DNA from: Eledone cirrhosa | Lineage: Eukaryota | DNA length: 64,000 nt | NCBI GenBank assembly: GCA_964016885.1 | Contig: OZ024740.1 | Coordinates: forward strand, 256,556,001 to 256,620,000 | Reading direction: 5' to 3' | Shown here: piece after piece, positions 40,575 to 55,479 of the stretch | Position numbering within the stretch: the first letter of the stretch is position 1 | Layout: each line of letters opens with the position of its first letter | Made by a program: the position numbers and the translations under genes | The notes under the pieces: model-generated | What the model saw: only the letters and a program-made list of their open reading frames with translations | What the model was told of the DNA's origin: nothing | The model's database searches: none

Positions 40575-42250
40575 AATCCGTATGGTGAGCAAATGGAGTC
40601 CCACGTTCTTGCCTACCCACAGCCCCGGCGGACAGGATGGAGAAGGCGTTTCCCCGGAGGATGGTAAGGGAGATGCGCTGGAAGAGCCATTGCAACTCGG
40701 GAGGCTCACACTAGCTCAGCGCCTATGGTGATGAGTAGGGACCGGAACCGACATCCAGGGACTCCATGCACCTCATTGTCAAGCTTGACATGAGGAAGCT
40801 TGACATGAGGAATGCCTTTAACTGCATACGACGGGACCATCTGCTCAATGCCTGCCTCAGCCGAAGCCCCTCCGCTTACCCGCTGGCCTACTTGTCATAT
40901 GGAGCCCCGCGCATGCTCCTTGCTGCTGGGGTCCAACAGTGTGACCTTCTGGGCCTCCTCCTGTTTGCCCTTGATATAGACCAGATTGCGCGGAGTATCA
41001 CGGCCCCTCTCAACGTTTGGTACCTGGATGATGCTGGATCTGCAGACCACCTTAGCAGCCAGCCTCCGCCGGAAGATATTAACCACAGCGATGTGGCGTA
41101 TGTCACCCTCTTTCTTCCTGAGAGCGGTCAGACTAACCGAAAAAATAAGGCCTCGGGCGTGAGGATCCAGGGCGCTATGGATAAGCCTATTGGTAAGTGC
41201 TACAATAGCCCCCAGAAGGCGGCGCTTGGTCACAGCGGAGAAGGGAGGATAGCAACTCCTTGAGGTGGCCTGGTCGGAGACCATCAGCACCTCCGCTGCT
41301 GCTAGATGAGAAGGACTTGGTGGCGGACATGATGTCTGCGTCGGAAGCCACACGGAGCAGGTGGGGATCGGATGGGAGTATGGGTCGGACGTCAGCGGGT
41401 TGATCAGGTTGCATGAGTTGCAGGGCAGCCAGGACCTCCTCGGTGGGTTGGAGGACAGGCACCTCTGAGGCAACCACTCTGACTGCGGCCTTGACATCAC
41501 CCATGATAAGTTTAGCAAACGCTTGGCGCTGGCCTCAGGTGTGGAGGATTGGAGGCACACAAGAGCAGGGGTTGTGGCGTCCATTGGCACGCTTGGAATG
41601 GGCGCTTGCCCAAAGAACGAAACATTGGTCTTGACAAAGGCTGCTGTAGACCGGCTGCCTCGGTCAGCGCCATGGCTGGGGAGGCCGATGGCGAGTGGGG
41701 CGAAATAGAAGAGTCGCTGGCTCGATTGGAGTCCAGAGCCCTCTCGATCGAGGAAGCGAGTGCATCGGCTACCGGCAACCGAGCCGCTCTCCGGATCCTG
41801 AGCGAAATCTTCCGGTGCTGCCTGAGCTGAGCGATGTTGACCAGCGAGGCTTGGGCATTAGGCAAGCTCGCTGTCTCATCTGGTGGAGTGCCAGACGTCC
41901 GTTGCTGGGCAGACTAGGGGTAGAGACAGCGAGAGCACTGGAAGTTCGACGCGTCAAGCTAACACAGGTGAGGTGGTGGAAGCAGTCGCACCCCGAAAAG
42001 TTACGTCTTCCGTCTGTTCGTGGTTCTGCAAGTGCTGCAGATGTCGACTGGTGGGGATGGATGATGGGCGTGGAGCCGGGGACTGGGGCACCAAGCGGCA
42101 TCAGAGGTGAGTGGCTGGTTGTCACCAGCCTAGGTGCTAGGCACAATTGCACGTGAGTGGAAGGGAAAGTGTTGGTCTGAATGAGGCCCCATAACTCACC
42201 TACATCAGATATGGAGGCGACAGAAGACAAGATAATAGAGGGGGACACAC
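40575..42250 (-). mobile_element. Degenerate CRE-clade non-LTR retrotransposon with an internally inverted RT segment (40760-41036, plus strand)
   Basis: Minus strand: GDVKAAVR, SSGGADGLRPGHLKEL, LTALRKKEGDIRHIAV.NIFRRRLAAK and C-terminal WLFQRISLTILRGNAFSIL. Plus-strand insert: VKLDMRNAFN, GVQQCDLLGLLLF, NVWYLDD. Confidence 0.82.
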
Positions 42251-42419
42251 ACGAAAGTAGAAAGTTAACAAATTAATAAATGAATGAATGGATGAATGTA
42301 CAAAAAGAAAACAGGGGCTTGTTTCCAGCGGAATGGCCCGGCGTTGCTCGGGATTTGCTCTAGGGTTCTTATATATTTGATATATATTTATCCTTCTCGA
42401 GCCTCGTGAAGTAAATACG

Positions 42420-42814
42420 TTTGTTTATATTTTGTCATTGTGTATGCAAAAATATCTGTACACGAATATATAAATAAGAGTACAGAGAAATACGGAATAC
42501 CTCGGCCTCGGGTTGGTGTCTACATTCTGTGCTTATAAAAAAAATTTGTCGTACATTACCAGGGTTTTTTCCGTTCGAAGAAAATCAATACTTTATCGCG
42601 AAATATATACTTTTGTTTATATGTGTATGCAAAAAATCTGTACACGAATATATAATTATATATATATATATATTAAAGTAACAGATTAAAGTTTAAACAA
42701 AGAATCGCTGCTTTCACCCTTAACGGGATCTTCTGAAACTAAAATAATAAATCTGTGAACGCAAAAGTATATATTTCGAAAAACGTTACACACGATATAT
42801 ATATATACACACAC

Positions 42815-42851
<37 letters not shown>

Positions 42852-43135
42852 CGCGTGATAATGATGTAATGCAGACAGCCAGGCATACAGGCAGATAATA
42901 TAAGGGCGCAACGTTATATCTATGTATCTATCTAAAAAGAGAAAGACTAAGAATTATAGACAGAGTTCGCTCAATCGCCTAATGCGGTCCCTAGGGCATT
43001 GAAAATTTGACATTTTATTTGCTCAAAACACTCACGGACCCATAAGTATTACATGTGTAAAGCTTGAAAACAATTGGTTGGGTGGTTCTCGAGTTTTATT
43101 GATTGGACGGATAGACAGACAGACAAACAGACATT
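42420..43135. mobile_element. Second copy of the 12180-12910 family
   Basis: Shared blocks tgtatgcaaaaatatctgtacacgaata, gcggtccctagggcattgaaaatttga and acagacagac. Confidence 0.75.
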
Positions 43136-43816
43136 CTAGATATTAATTTTCCTGATTTTCAAATGTTAAGAGAGCTGGCATACAGATCTTCTTTCAAATC
43201 TCCTTCTTCGTTCTATCGTTAATTCAAGATTTTGCTGTAATGTAATAAATGTTACTTTTAAAATACTGATATTCTCAATTTTCTTCTTTCTCTTGTGTAT
43301 TGATATCTAAAGGATGACAAATGTATGTGCTATGTGCGGGTATAAACAATTTAGCCCGGACCAAACGAAATCGTTGTTTTCTACTCCGTGTCCTGTGCAC
43401 TGCAGTGCAATAATTGCACACAGTACACAGAAGCTATGCATAAAATCCACAGTTGTCTGGAAGGAATGGATGCAGCAAGGATCAACATAGAATTTCCTCA
43501 ACGGGAGTGATCCTTCTCGTTCTATCGGTAGAGTTTACTATATATAAGTGACGGAATAAATACCGGTGTAGGTATAGTCGACTAAAACAGACGTTGCTCC
43601 AGCATGACCGAAGTCTAATGCATGGAATCAGTAAAATAAATATATTTCTTACATATGTGTTAAAATCTTCCAAATATAATCAAATTGAACTGCCATGAGG
43701 CGAAAGAGGGCCTACATCTCCAATTGGATAACGCACCATACTGGTATTAGACTTATTCTTGTGTGTGCGCACGTGCGTGTGTATGTGTCTGTGTCTGTGT
43801 TCATGTATGCGTGTAT

Positions 43817-43941
43817 GGTTGTACAAGTATATGTATAAGTATTCATGATTATCTGTATATATAAATATAAGTATTCTTGATTATCTGTATATATATATAT
43901 ACAGATAATCATGAATACTTATACATATACTTGTACAACCA
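43817..43941. repeat. Palindrome centred on a short (AT)n, with an internal duplication
   Basis: ggttgtacaagtatatgtataagtattcatgattatctg mirrors cagataatcatgaatacttatacatatacttgtacaacc. Confidence 0.85.
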
Positions 43942-43944
43942 TAC

Positions 43945-43977
<33 letters not shown>

Positions 43978-44146
43978 CTGTGTGTGTGTGTGTGTGCGTG
44001 TGCCTTTGTGTGTGTGTACATATATATATATATATATGTGTACATATATATATATATATATATTTTGTATTTTCATTGGTCAATTTTGAACTCCGTTCCC
44101 AAACGGACTTGAAATTTTGAATTGTTGTTATTATCAATAAATATAT

Positions 44147-44300
44147 TTCATTATTTCTGAAGACGGCATATATATGTGTTGGTATGTATATTTAATCTTG
44201 ATAGTTTGTATAATTTTGTATAATTTTGTACATAGATCTGTTGAATATGCATGCCAATTCTAACACATATATATCCTAGAAACGATCGTTAAATAATGAA
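44147..44300 (+). ncRNA. Type I hammerhead ribozyme with greatly extended helix II
   Basis: 10-bp perfect helix I (TTCATTATTT 44147-44156 / AAATAATGAA 44291-44300), CUGAAGA at 44157, GAAAC-GAUC-GUU at 44279-44290. The insert pairs GG(C)ATATATATGTGTTGG with CTAACACATATATATCC. Confidence 0.75.
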
Positions 44301-44496
44301 CTTTTTTTGTTTAATATAAGGAACTGTTTCATTGTTTTATTCATTATTTGTTTAATATTTTATATATATATATATATATATATTTATATTTATTAAAATA
44401 ACAGATTAATTTGCTCTACGGTTCTTATATATGTGATATATATTTATCCTTATCGAGCCCTCTTTGGATTTTAGTCTTCAAATTTATTATTATTAC

Positions 44497-44559
<63 letters not shown>

Positions 44560-44671
44560 TATTTCATTTTCAAATATAAAAATTGGAAAGATGTCGATGA
44601 TGCCCACAAGGATGAGCCAATTGTAAATTAAATTATGATGTAAATAAGTGTTTGGTAACAAATGTTAATGG

Positions 44672-44724
<53 letters not shown>

Positions 44725-44736
44725 TATATATATATG

Positions 44737-47537
44737 TGTATAGTGAAAAATGGAACGGGAACAAAAGAGAGAGGCAGTACGAACAAAGGTTTATTAGTTT
44801 CACGCTCTTGAGAGTGGGGTGGTGGTCGGGAACGACGTTTCGGGGTTAAGCCCTTCTTCAGGCGAAAAGTGTCTGGGAAGAGAGTTCCAAGGGTGTGTTG
44901 GGGAGTGGGGGAGAGACATTTAGAACAAGGGGGTGGGGTGGAAGGGGTACAAATGAAAATATATATAAAAAAATAATATAAATAAAAATAAACGAAGATA
45001 AACAAGTGGTGGAAGGGTGTGGGGCGTGTAGGGGAGAGGGAGGCGGGGTGTCCGAACGGGGAGGGCTGAAGGTGGTGTGTGTGTGTAGGTGTAAGTGTGT
45101 GTGTGTGTATGTGAATGTGAGAGTTGGGGAAGAACGAGGTTCCATGTTCAGGAAAAGGTGTGTGTGGGGGTGGGGTGTAGGTCGGTGCGTGTGTGCGCGT
45201 GTGGATGGGGAGGGATCAGAGGGGTGGGGGAAGCGTGGGGGGATTCCGGAGGCTGAGTGTGTAAATATGTGGGGGTACGCACGTGTGTGTGGTGTTTATA
45301 CGTATTGTGGATGTAGGTCGCGTGTAGGGAAAAAAATGTTTGTGAGTGTATGTCCGTGGGTAAGTTCCTAAAGTAGTTCTGTAGAAGATGTGGTGAGTTG
45401 CCGGATATTTTCCTTGTGATGGAGTTGATTGGTGGGAGCAATGTCCAATATGTGTAATCCGTGGTTGGCTTGGTCGGAAGAGGGGCGATGTGGGGTGCGT
45501 GCGCAACAGGAAGTGGTCAGAGGGTCAAGGCAGGAGGAGAGTAGAGGAGAAGGACAGGTGGAGAGGTCTGTGTGTCTGTGTGTGCGGAGAGGTGGTCAGA
45601 GGGTCAAGGCATAGCAGCAGTAGAGGAGAATGGCAGATGGAGAAAGTCGGTGTGTCTGTGTGTGCGGAGGTGCGGTGGACAGGGGAGAGGATGGGTAGGT
45701 GTGAAAGGTGGAGTGGGGAGGGTGTGTGCGGGGGGGGGGGGGTACTAGTAGAGGTGTTAGTGGGATGTGTGTGTGTGTGAAGGGGTGAGGGTGGAGCGGG
45801 GAGAGGGAGAGAAAGATGTGGGGGTCGGTGGAGGGAGTGTAGTGTACTGGTGTGTGTGTGCGTGTTTGGATGAGTGTGTGTGTGGTGAAGGGGGTGTTCA
45901 TATACTGGTGGTGGGGTATGTAGATGGGTGGTGTAAGTGGGTGTAGGTGGGTGGGGAATGAGTGGTATTAGTTGTGGGGTGGTGGGAGTGGATGCGTGGG
46001 TGAGGGTTAGTGGTGGTAGTAGAGTGTGTGTATATATGTACTGGTGGGTGTGTGCATGATATGGGGAGGGGGAGGAGGAAGGGGGCGAAATGATGTTAGT
46101 ATTGTTAGTTGGAGGGTCGGGGTGTTAGTATTGTTGGTTGTCGGGTGCGCGGTGAAAAGGAGGAGTGTGTTAGTGGTGTTAGTGGTGGATATGGGTGGGG
46201 AAGGGCGGATTAACAGGGCGGTCGAAGGCTAAAGGAATAGGGGTGGGGAGTTCAGGCCGGGGGGAGTGTGAGTCTGTAGGGTGAAGATGGTGAGTTGTTC
46301 GACCCTGAGGAGGTTGGAGGGTGTTCCGTGGCATTGGAGTAGGCCACAGACTGTCAGGTGGTGCGCGGAATGTCCAGGGGAGCCAAAGTGGCGGGCGATG
46401 GGGGAATCCCGCCGAGACGAATATCCCGGAGGTGTTCGGTGAAACGGTCCGCCAGGCGACGTCCAGTCTGTCCGAGGTAGGTTGCGCTACACTCCGTGCA
46501 GCGAAGTCCATAGGCTAGGTTGGAGGAGGTGCAGCGGAAGGCGTGCCAGACAGAGAGAGAGAGTGGCCGTTGGGACCCTGGAAGGTGGTGGTGTTGGTGA
46601 TGTGGGACAGGTGTTGCAACGAGGCCTGAAACAGGGAAGGGAACCGGGGGGGGGGGGGCGTGGGTTGGGGGGTAGGGAGCTGCAGACGAGGAGGGTGCGG
46701 AGGTTGCGTGCGCGTTTGAAGGAGGGGAGTGGTGGGGCTGGGAAGATGTGGGATGTGGAGGGTTCGGACTGGAGGCGTTGGAAGGGGCGGAGGATGGTGC
46801 GGTGGAGGGGTAGGGTGGGGGTAGGGTGGAGGGGTGGTAGGTGATGGGGAAGGGGAGAAGGTGGGTGTGCGGTGTCGTGGGGTGAGGGTGGTGGAGCGGT
46901 GGACAGCATGGGCGCGAGTGAGGGCGGTGTGGACGAGGGAGGAGGGTGGGGGGAAACCTCTGCGGATGAAATGGCTGACTAGGGAAAGGGCCTGGGACAT
47001 AAAGTCAGCATTTCGGCTATAGAGGCGGCGGATTCTGATGAATTGGGAGTAGGGAATAGAGTGTTTAGTGTGTGTGGGGTGGGAGGAGGTGAAGTCGAGG
47101 TAGGAGTGGGAGTCGGTGGGTTTAAAGAAGGCGGAGGGGACGAGGGAGTGGTGGGAGGGGACGAAGGCGACGGAGAAGTGGACGTGGGTGGTGGAGATAG
47201 AGGTGATAAAGTGGAGGGAGGGGTGGAAGGATCAGAAGAAGGAGAGAAAGGAGTCGAGCTGTTCTCGGGTGAGGGTCGTGGCTCCGATACAGTCGTCGAT
47301 GTAATGACTGTACAGTTCGGGCGTGGGGCCGGTGTACTGGGCAAAGATTTGGGCCTCAAAATGACCAACGAAAAGGTTGGCATAGTTTGGGCCCATTCTT
47401 GTGCCCATGGCTACCCCTGTGACCTGTTGGTAAAATCACCCGAGAAGGAGAAACAGTTGAGGGTGAGGACCAGCTCGGCGAAGCGAAGGAGGGTGGGAGA
47501 GGAGGGGATGGGGAGGGGCGAAGGTCGAGGTAGTGCT
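44737..47537 (-). mobile_element. 5'-truncated Penelope-like element (RT, GIY-YIG, long C-rich 3' region, terminal HHR)
   Basis: LLRFAELVLTLNCFSF, GVAMG (47404-47417), HYIDD (about 47292-47306), PCFRPRCNTC, YGLRC..C...YLGQTGRRLADRFTEH. HHR at 44831. The terminus also occurs at 53655-53722. Confidence 0.92.
44831..44866 (-). ncRNA. Minimal hammerhead ribozyme at the 3' end of a Penelope-like element
   Basis: Minus strand reads CGC-CUGAAGA-AGGG(CUUAAC)CCC-GAAAC-GUC-GUU. Core intact, helix I weak. Confidence 0.7.
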
Positions 47538-47549
47538 TGCGGGCACACA

Positions 47550-47702
<153 letters not shown>

Positions 47703-47714
47703 TGTATATATATA

Positions 47715-48812
47715 TACTATCCAACATTGATGCCACTGGAAAGTTGCTGCAATGGATCAAGTGTTTCTTGTCAAACAGAGCCCAACATATTGTAGTCGAA
47801 TCCAGCCTAACCAAAGTCAATAGTGGCGTCCCACAAGGCACTGTGTTTGGCCCACTTCATTTCATTATATATGTTAATGACATTAATGACATCATCAAGC
47901 ACAGCAACATAAAAATCTTGGCAGATGATTCCAAGCTCCAGAATATCATCAATGGTGACCGGATATGACTCCAATCCGATCTACTGGCTGTTATCCAATG
48001 GGTGGAAAAGAACAATATGCTGCTGATGAGGATAAATTTGAGTTAATCCACTTTGGAAAAGAGGATGCCCTGAAACTTCCGTGGCATCCAACAACATCAG
48101 AGACTCGTGGCAACTCATTTAAACAGCAAAGTTGACATGGTCCGCAGAATGTTTTCCTGGATTCTCAGAACTTTCCAGTCGAGAGATATCCACACTATTA
48201 TCCTTCTCTTCGCTTTTGCATGACACCAACTTGAATACGACAGTCCAATGTGGTCTCCCCACACGAAACAAAGTATCATGAAAGTTGAAATTCCTCAAAT
48301 GTCAATCACCAAAAAGATAGATGGCATGTGAGGCCTTGACTAATGGAGTCGACTAGAAAAATTCAAACTTTATTCTCTCCAACGCCCCCATGAACGCTAC
48401 ATTTTCTGCATCAGCATTGGCCAAATAATGATGGCATCACCTTAAAGTTACACCCAAGGCTTGGGCCACGTGCTATCCGCCCACAACAAAATTCAAAGTC
48501 GCATCGCATAACAACAATGCGGCACAATTATTTCACTTCGATTGGCCCCGCTCTCTTTAACATTACACCAAAACATATTAAAGCAGAGACAGTCCCATTA
48601 ATATTCAAGACGACTTTGGACAAATTCCTTCAAGAAATCCCGGATAAACCTCCTACAACCGGACATGTCTCCGTAAACAATAACTCTCTATTGAGTGAGC
48701 CATGGTATCCATATCCTGATTTGAAAGACTTCGCCAGGTGACAGGTGATGCTATTAAGTTAGACATGGTTCGGGCCAATATTGGCCGGAGCCTATCAAAG
48801 TTATCAAAGTTA
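47715..48812 (+). mobile_element. CR1-type LINE 3' fragment (RT)
   Basis: GKLLQWIKCFLSNR.Q, SGVPQGTVFGPLHFIIYVND, ILADDSKL, GPALFN..P, FKTTLDKFLQEIPDKP; ends in (ATCAAAGTT)2. Confidence 0.9.
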
Positions 48813-48819
48813 TATATAT

Positions 48820-49712
48820 AATTCCTTCCTTGCTCACATTTCAACCCGGTTTGATGGTCTTTATTCTCCCTCGTTCACGATTTCACCGAACTTATATTCA
48901 TAGAAATTTTTGGACTTGACTTCTTCTTCCTCATTTTTCGTTGCTTCACCATCTTTGTTTGTTTACACTCTCGTGTCCCCTTTATTTACGTGTCCCAACG
49001 ACTTTCTTTAGCCGTTGCTCGCACCAACCGGAGGTATATGGTCTTTAAAGCGATGAAATACCAATGATGGTTGGAAGATCACTGATGAAGGGCTAACTTT
49101 ATTCCTATGTAACCCATTAGCAACCCCGCAGCACGTTTTTCTCATATTTACACATATTTTTTTCCCCACTGTTACACGTCTATTTCGTTCTTACTGCTTC
49201 CTCTTTCTCTGTATCTTTACCCTCTCTAGCAGTCACTCTCTCTGTTAGCCTCTTCCTCACCCTTCACTCACTCATTCTCTGTTACTACCTCTCCTCCTTC
49301 TTCCCGTTTGACCTGTGCGTAATTCTTTTCTTTCGCACCCTTGGCCAGGCAGGTCGCTTTTTTTCTCTCTCTCGTCTACGATTTCACAGAACTTACGTTC
49401 ACCGAAATCACAGACTAGATCCCTTCTTCCTCCCGTTAGACCTGTACGGAATTCCTTCCTTGCTCACATTCCAACCAGGTTTGATGGTCTTTATTCTCTC
49501 TTGCTCACGATTTCACCGAATTTAAATTCATAGAAATTTGGGACTTGACTCCTTCTTCCTCATTTTTCGTTGCTTCACCATTTTTGTTTGTTTACACTCG
49601 TGTTCCCTTTATTTACGTGTCCCAACGTTGCTCGCACCAACCGGAGCTATATGGTCTTTAAAGCGATGAAATACCAATGATGGTTGGAAGATCACTGATG
49701 AAGGACTAACTT
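48820..49712. repeat. Partially tandem repeat (48820-49100 / 49450-49712); relatives at 1245-1372, 55754-55878 and 55935-56125
   Basis: Shared block ttgctcgcaccaacc...aaagcgatgaaat...ggttgga...cactgatga. Confidence 0.8.
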
Positions 49713-49840
49713 TATATATGTATATATATATATATATGTTTATATGTATGTATATGTTAAAAGTAAACGGAAAAAGAACAACGGTTGATGAGGTACAATA
49801 AAGAAATATATCAGTTTTACGCTTAATATAGCAGGAAAAG

Positions 49841-49876
49841 TCTTGACGTTTCGGATGGTAGTCCTTCGTCAGATAA
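49841..49876 (-). ncRNA. Minimal hammerhead ribozyme motif (solo pseudo-LTR-like, between (AT)n tracts)
   Basis: Minus strand reads UUAU-CUGACGA-AGGA(CUACCA)UCC-GAAAC-GUC-AAGA. Confidence 0.68.
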
Positions 49877-50010
49877 TAGAATGAGAATTTAAAGAAGAAA
49901 TAGAAAGATAGGGGAGAGTGAGCAGGAGCAGAAACGAAAACAGTTTCTTCGAGAAAAAGCAGGTCTGTCCATTGTGTGTATACATGTATATATTTATGTC
50001 GGAATGTATG

Positions 50011-50106
<96 letters not shown>

Positions 50107-50279
50107 TATAGGTTTATATGCATGCATTATAAGTAATACTTACGTAAACAAGAATTTTTGGTAGAAACCACACTAACCCTTCATTAAAATCTTAGCTGTT
50201 AGTTAATAATTTATTCATGCACGTGTTCTGTATGTGCATGTATATGTATGTCTTTCTGTCAATGTGTGAAAGTGTTTCT

Positions 50280-51060
<781 letters not shown>

Positions 51061-51496
51061 ATGTATATAACATCATTTCACATCGTTTTCTCTCTCTAGG
51101 ATGAGGGAGTGGGGAAGACAAGGAATGGACTGACTACATTTGGTGCTAAATAACGGATGACATAGATTTGCAAGGAAGATAATGTGCAATACTGGTAACT
51201 CAATCTGAAAGTATAGGATATCGTGCAAGACCTCTCTCACAATACACACCAGTCTTTAGAAAGTGGAATAAGACAAACACACTCTTGTTTTTTCACTCTG
51301 ATATACATCGTTATATAATAATGTTCTTACATTTCTATCGTTGTTTACTACAATCTCGGGTTTTAATGAGTAATTTGTGAAGTATGTGTGGGTGTGTGGG
51401 GGCTAGACTGAGTGTTGGATAGGTGGAGAGTGAGAGAGAGGGATTGATTTTTCGCGCGGAAAGATTTTTTTGACAACTATCATCTATCTATCTATG

Positions 51497-51573
<77 letters not shown>

Positions 51574-51643
51574 CTCTCTATATATATGTGTGTGTGGGCT
51601 GTATACACACACACATGTACATGTACATATACATATACATATA

Positions 51644-51768
<125 letters not shown>

Positions 51769-52535
51769 GGAGAGAGAGATACAAAGACTCCGCTGTGATC
51801 GGCCGTCAAAATGGACGTACAGAATTTCGACCCCTACTGACGCTGCTCCTGGACCATCCGGAGTTACAGTGTTAGTCAAACACTGTCCTTGGATTATTTT
51901 ACAAGGAAATATAACATAAACAAAACTTAGGTCAAATTACGTGGCGAGGACAATACGAATATAATTAATTTTACGACATTTATGTGGTACAATATGGGAC
52001 GAAGTGGATCAGTTAGATCTATGGAGATGAAATCAAACACAGATTAAATGAGGCACAGAGAGGAGGTGATCTGGTGGTAGCTGTCACAACTGTACGGTGT
52101 GAAAACACCGAGACAAAAACAAACAAAATAAAAGAGATAATAGCCGCATGATAGAAAAGGAGAATAGTCACGGTAATAAGGCAACTCAACAAAAACATGT
52201 GGAAGGGGAGCCACGTGGGCCACAGATAATAATGTAAAATTAGCAACAGGTACAAAACTTTTACGGTCACCAGCCGGCGAAATGGCCGTACATAGTTTCG
52301 GCCCATACCGACAGCACGGCATATCTAACTGTGTAAAGCGAACAAAAATTAGATGAAATTACATGGCAAGTACATATATGTCGGTGGACATTCTTCTTTG
52401 GTTGGATTCATGTTTTGAGAATATATGTGCAGTATTTTGTTATCTTCCCCTCAGACACAGTGTGAGCTATCTACCAATGTATCTGTTGCTATCTACCAAT
52501 ATATCTATCTACATTTTGACAATAAGAATAACATG

Positions 52536-52566
<31 letters not shown>

Positions 52567-52611
52567 CTCTCTCTATCTATCCATCTCTCTCTCTTTCTCT
52601 CTCTCTCTGTT

Positions 52612-52694
<83 letters not shown>

Positions 52695-53352
52695 CTGTAT
52701 GTCTGTCTATCTACCTTAATACCTGTCAACCCATTTAACTCTTTGCCTACGGCTATCTATTTTTCTATATTTACCAATGTATCTTTGGAACAGAACAACA
52801 GCAATAACAACTATAACGCACACATCTGCATAGATATCTGAAGACAGATATATAAATTCAAAAGTATAACAGAGTCATTGCAATTTAGAGGAAATAAGTT
52901 AAATATTTTCTTCTAAAACCACATCATTTCAGACGGGTATTATATGTTAACACAAGACGAAAATCAGAAATCGTCCGACCAACACTTGATGATATATGGA
53001 AATAAAATGTTTTCTAAGGGTGGCAATTATTAATTTGATTTTGAAAGAAATTTGTACATGAATTATAGACAAAATGATAAAATCAGACAGAGAAAAATAA
53101 CAATAAAACCCAGGGATGAGATATTAACCGAAACTTCGAAGTTACTGCCACAGTTGTATATGTATATATATATATGTATGTATATATATATTTAATATAG
53201 AAATAGCTTCTACAGGAACGGAACCGTTTCATTCGAAGGAAAAGTTCTAGTCCTGTAGAAGCCATTTCTATATTAGATATTTATACTCTGCTATGTATTG
53301 AGTACCTTACTTACTGGGGTTACCCCCGATTGACCCTCACACACACACACGC

Positions 53353-53477
<125 letters not shown>

Positions 53478-55178
53478 ACGATTTAATCAGTTTTAAACTA
53501 GTTAGACTCTTATTCAGCAGAATTCTCGATACGTTGGATAGTAGGGAAATTAGGGCCCGACAGCTGAACGCTTGTTTTGAATTGGGTGTCGAAACGTCAA
53601 GAGTTCAGCCGTCACGTTTCAACTCTCTCTAATATATATAAATGTATATATATATATAGTAAAAAATTGAACGGGAACAAAACAGAGAGGCAGTACGAAC
53701 AAATGTTTATTAGTTTCACGCACTCTCCCTCTCTCTCTCTCTCTATATATATATAGAGAGAGAGTGATAGAGAGAGAGAATTATAGCATTAGTCAATTTC
53801 CTTTAGAGTAATCAATTAATTTGTTTATGGAACAAGAATCGGAGGACTCTCGCAGTACTGTTTTACTTAACGGTCGAATTATTTCTTTTTGGTAAATTAT
53901 GTGGTATTTCCACTAATGGTTCCATGTGTAATTAATTACGGAGTATATAAAATTTACAAAATTATTATTTATATTAAAACATCAAAATCTAAAAGAGTGG
54001 GAATAACATTTTTTGCATAACACTGACACGTGTTTCATTGATGTGAAACATATCAGTCTAGGATCGTTAATATTTGACTATTTCAATCAAATCAAATCGA
54101 ATACAACTACCTAAAAAATCATATGTTGACACAAAAATGTTTAAAGTGGAATAATAACTTTTTCACATATAGATATATATAGTAGGCAAGCAAGGATGAA
54201 AGGAAAAAATAAAAATAAAAAGGTAAAAAATAAAAAATAAAATAAGAAGATAAAGAAAAAGAAAAGGACAGAGAACAAGATACACATGAAATAATAGACA
54301 GGGAAATGTATATGGAGTGGGGGTAGTATTTTAGACAGAAAGTATAGAAATAGATAAATAGGAAGAATAGTGAAGAATTAAAAAAGGTGTGTGTGTGTGT
54401 TCGTAATGTATATTGAATAATATACGGAATGTTTATGAAAAACATTTCAAGGCTTTTCGCTATGAATGTTTAAGGTTGCGCTTATTTTAGCTTACTTTAG
54501 CTTCAGCAGAAACAGATTAGTCTCGATAAACGCTAATAAGAGATAAACGATGGCATCGTCGATTACTTCCCCTCTTTTTGCAGAAGCTAGGTGCGGGCCG
54601 ATGGTCGCAACCTTAAAATGTCAAAGCGAAAGGCCTTCAAATGTTTTTTTACCGTACATTTATATGCATGTAGTTATGCAAGAGCACCGTCCATCGCAAC
54701 GGCCGATGACCCTGGAGTTCTGTGTCCTTCGTTTGTATATTTATTTTAGAAAATTAATATTTTAATGTTTCCCCTTAAAAGATTGTATTTCGTTTTGTTT
54801 TGTTCTTTCTTTGTTTCACTCATGTTACATGTGCTATGTGAGGCACCAGACATTTTCCCTAATATCACACAAAATTGTATGTTTTTTGTAGCTTAACGGC
54901 TCTAAATTACTGTCTGCCTTTCGTCTCTTACTTCTTTGAACAGCGTTTGGATTATGTCAGACGCTGTGACCTTGGATGGACCATCAGTACCATTGGTAGG
55001 GGTCGAAACTGCTCATATCCATCTCAACGGCCGGTGACCACGTTGTTGTGTCCTTCGTTTGTATATTTATTTTTACTAAATATTTTTTATGGTTTTGCCT
55101 TAAAAAATTGTTTTTCGTTTTGTTTTGTTTCTGTTCGTCGTTGTCTTGTCGTTTCTTTGTGAATTTTCTTAAGTTTAT

Positions 55179-55215
<37 letters not shown>

Positions 55216-55439
55216 ATCGGGTGAAATGCTTTGAAAACGCTAAATGTATCTGAGAACCTTGCGAATGCAGAGTCAGGTTCGATCTGTAATAGATCCTGCC
55301 TTGAGCTGATCGTCGGATAAACATTTGTAACATGTTAATAAATTGTGTTTTGATGCATCACTGATTCCTCGTTATCTATCTATCTATCTATCTATCTATC
55401 ACTCTATATATGGGTACATATATAGATATATAAATATCG

Positions 55440-55479
<40 letters not shown>

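Noticed and set aside
40581-40650. HDV-like ribozyme suggested by TCCCACGT and flanking pairing
   Set aside because: Pairing is not preserved in the 20357 copy, and the minus strand encodes the CRE C-terminus.
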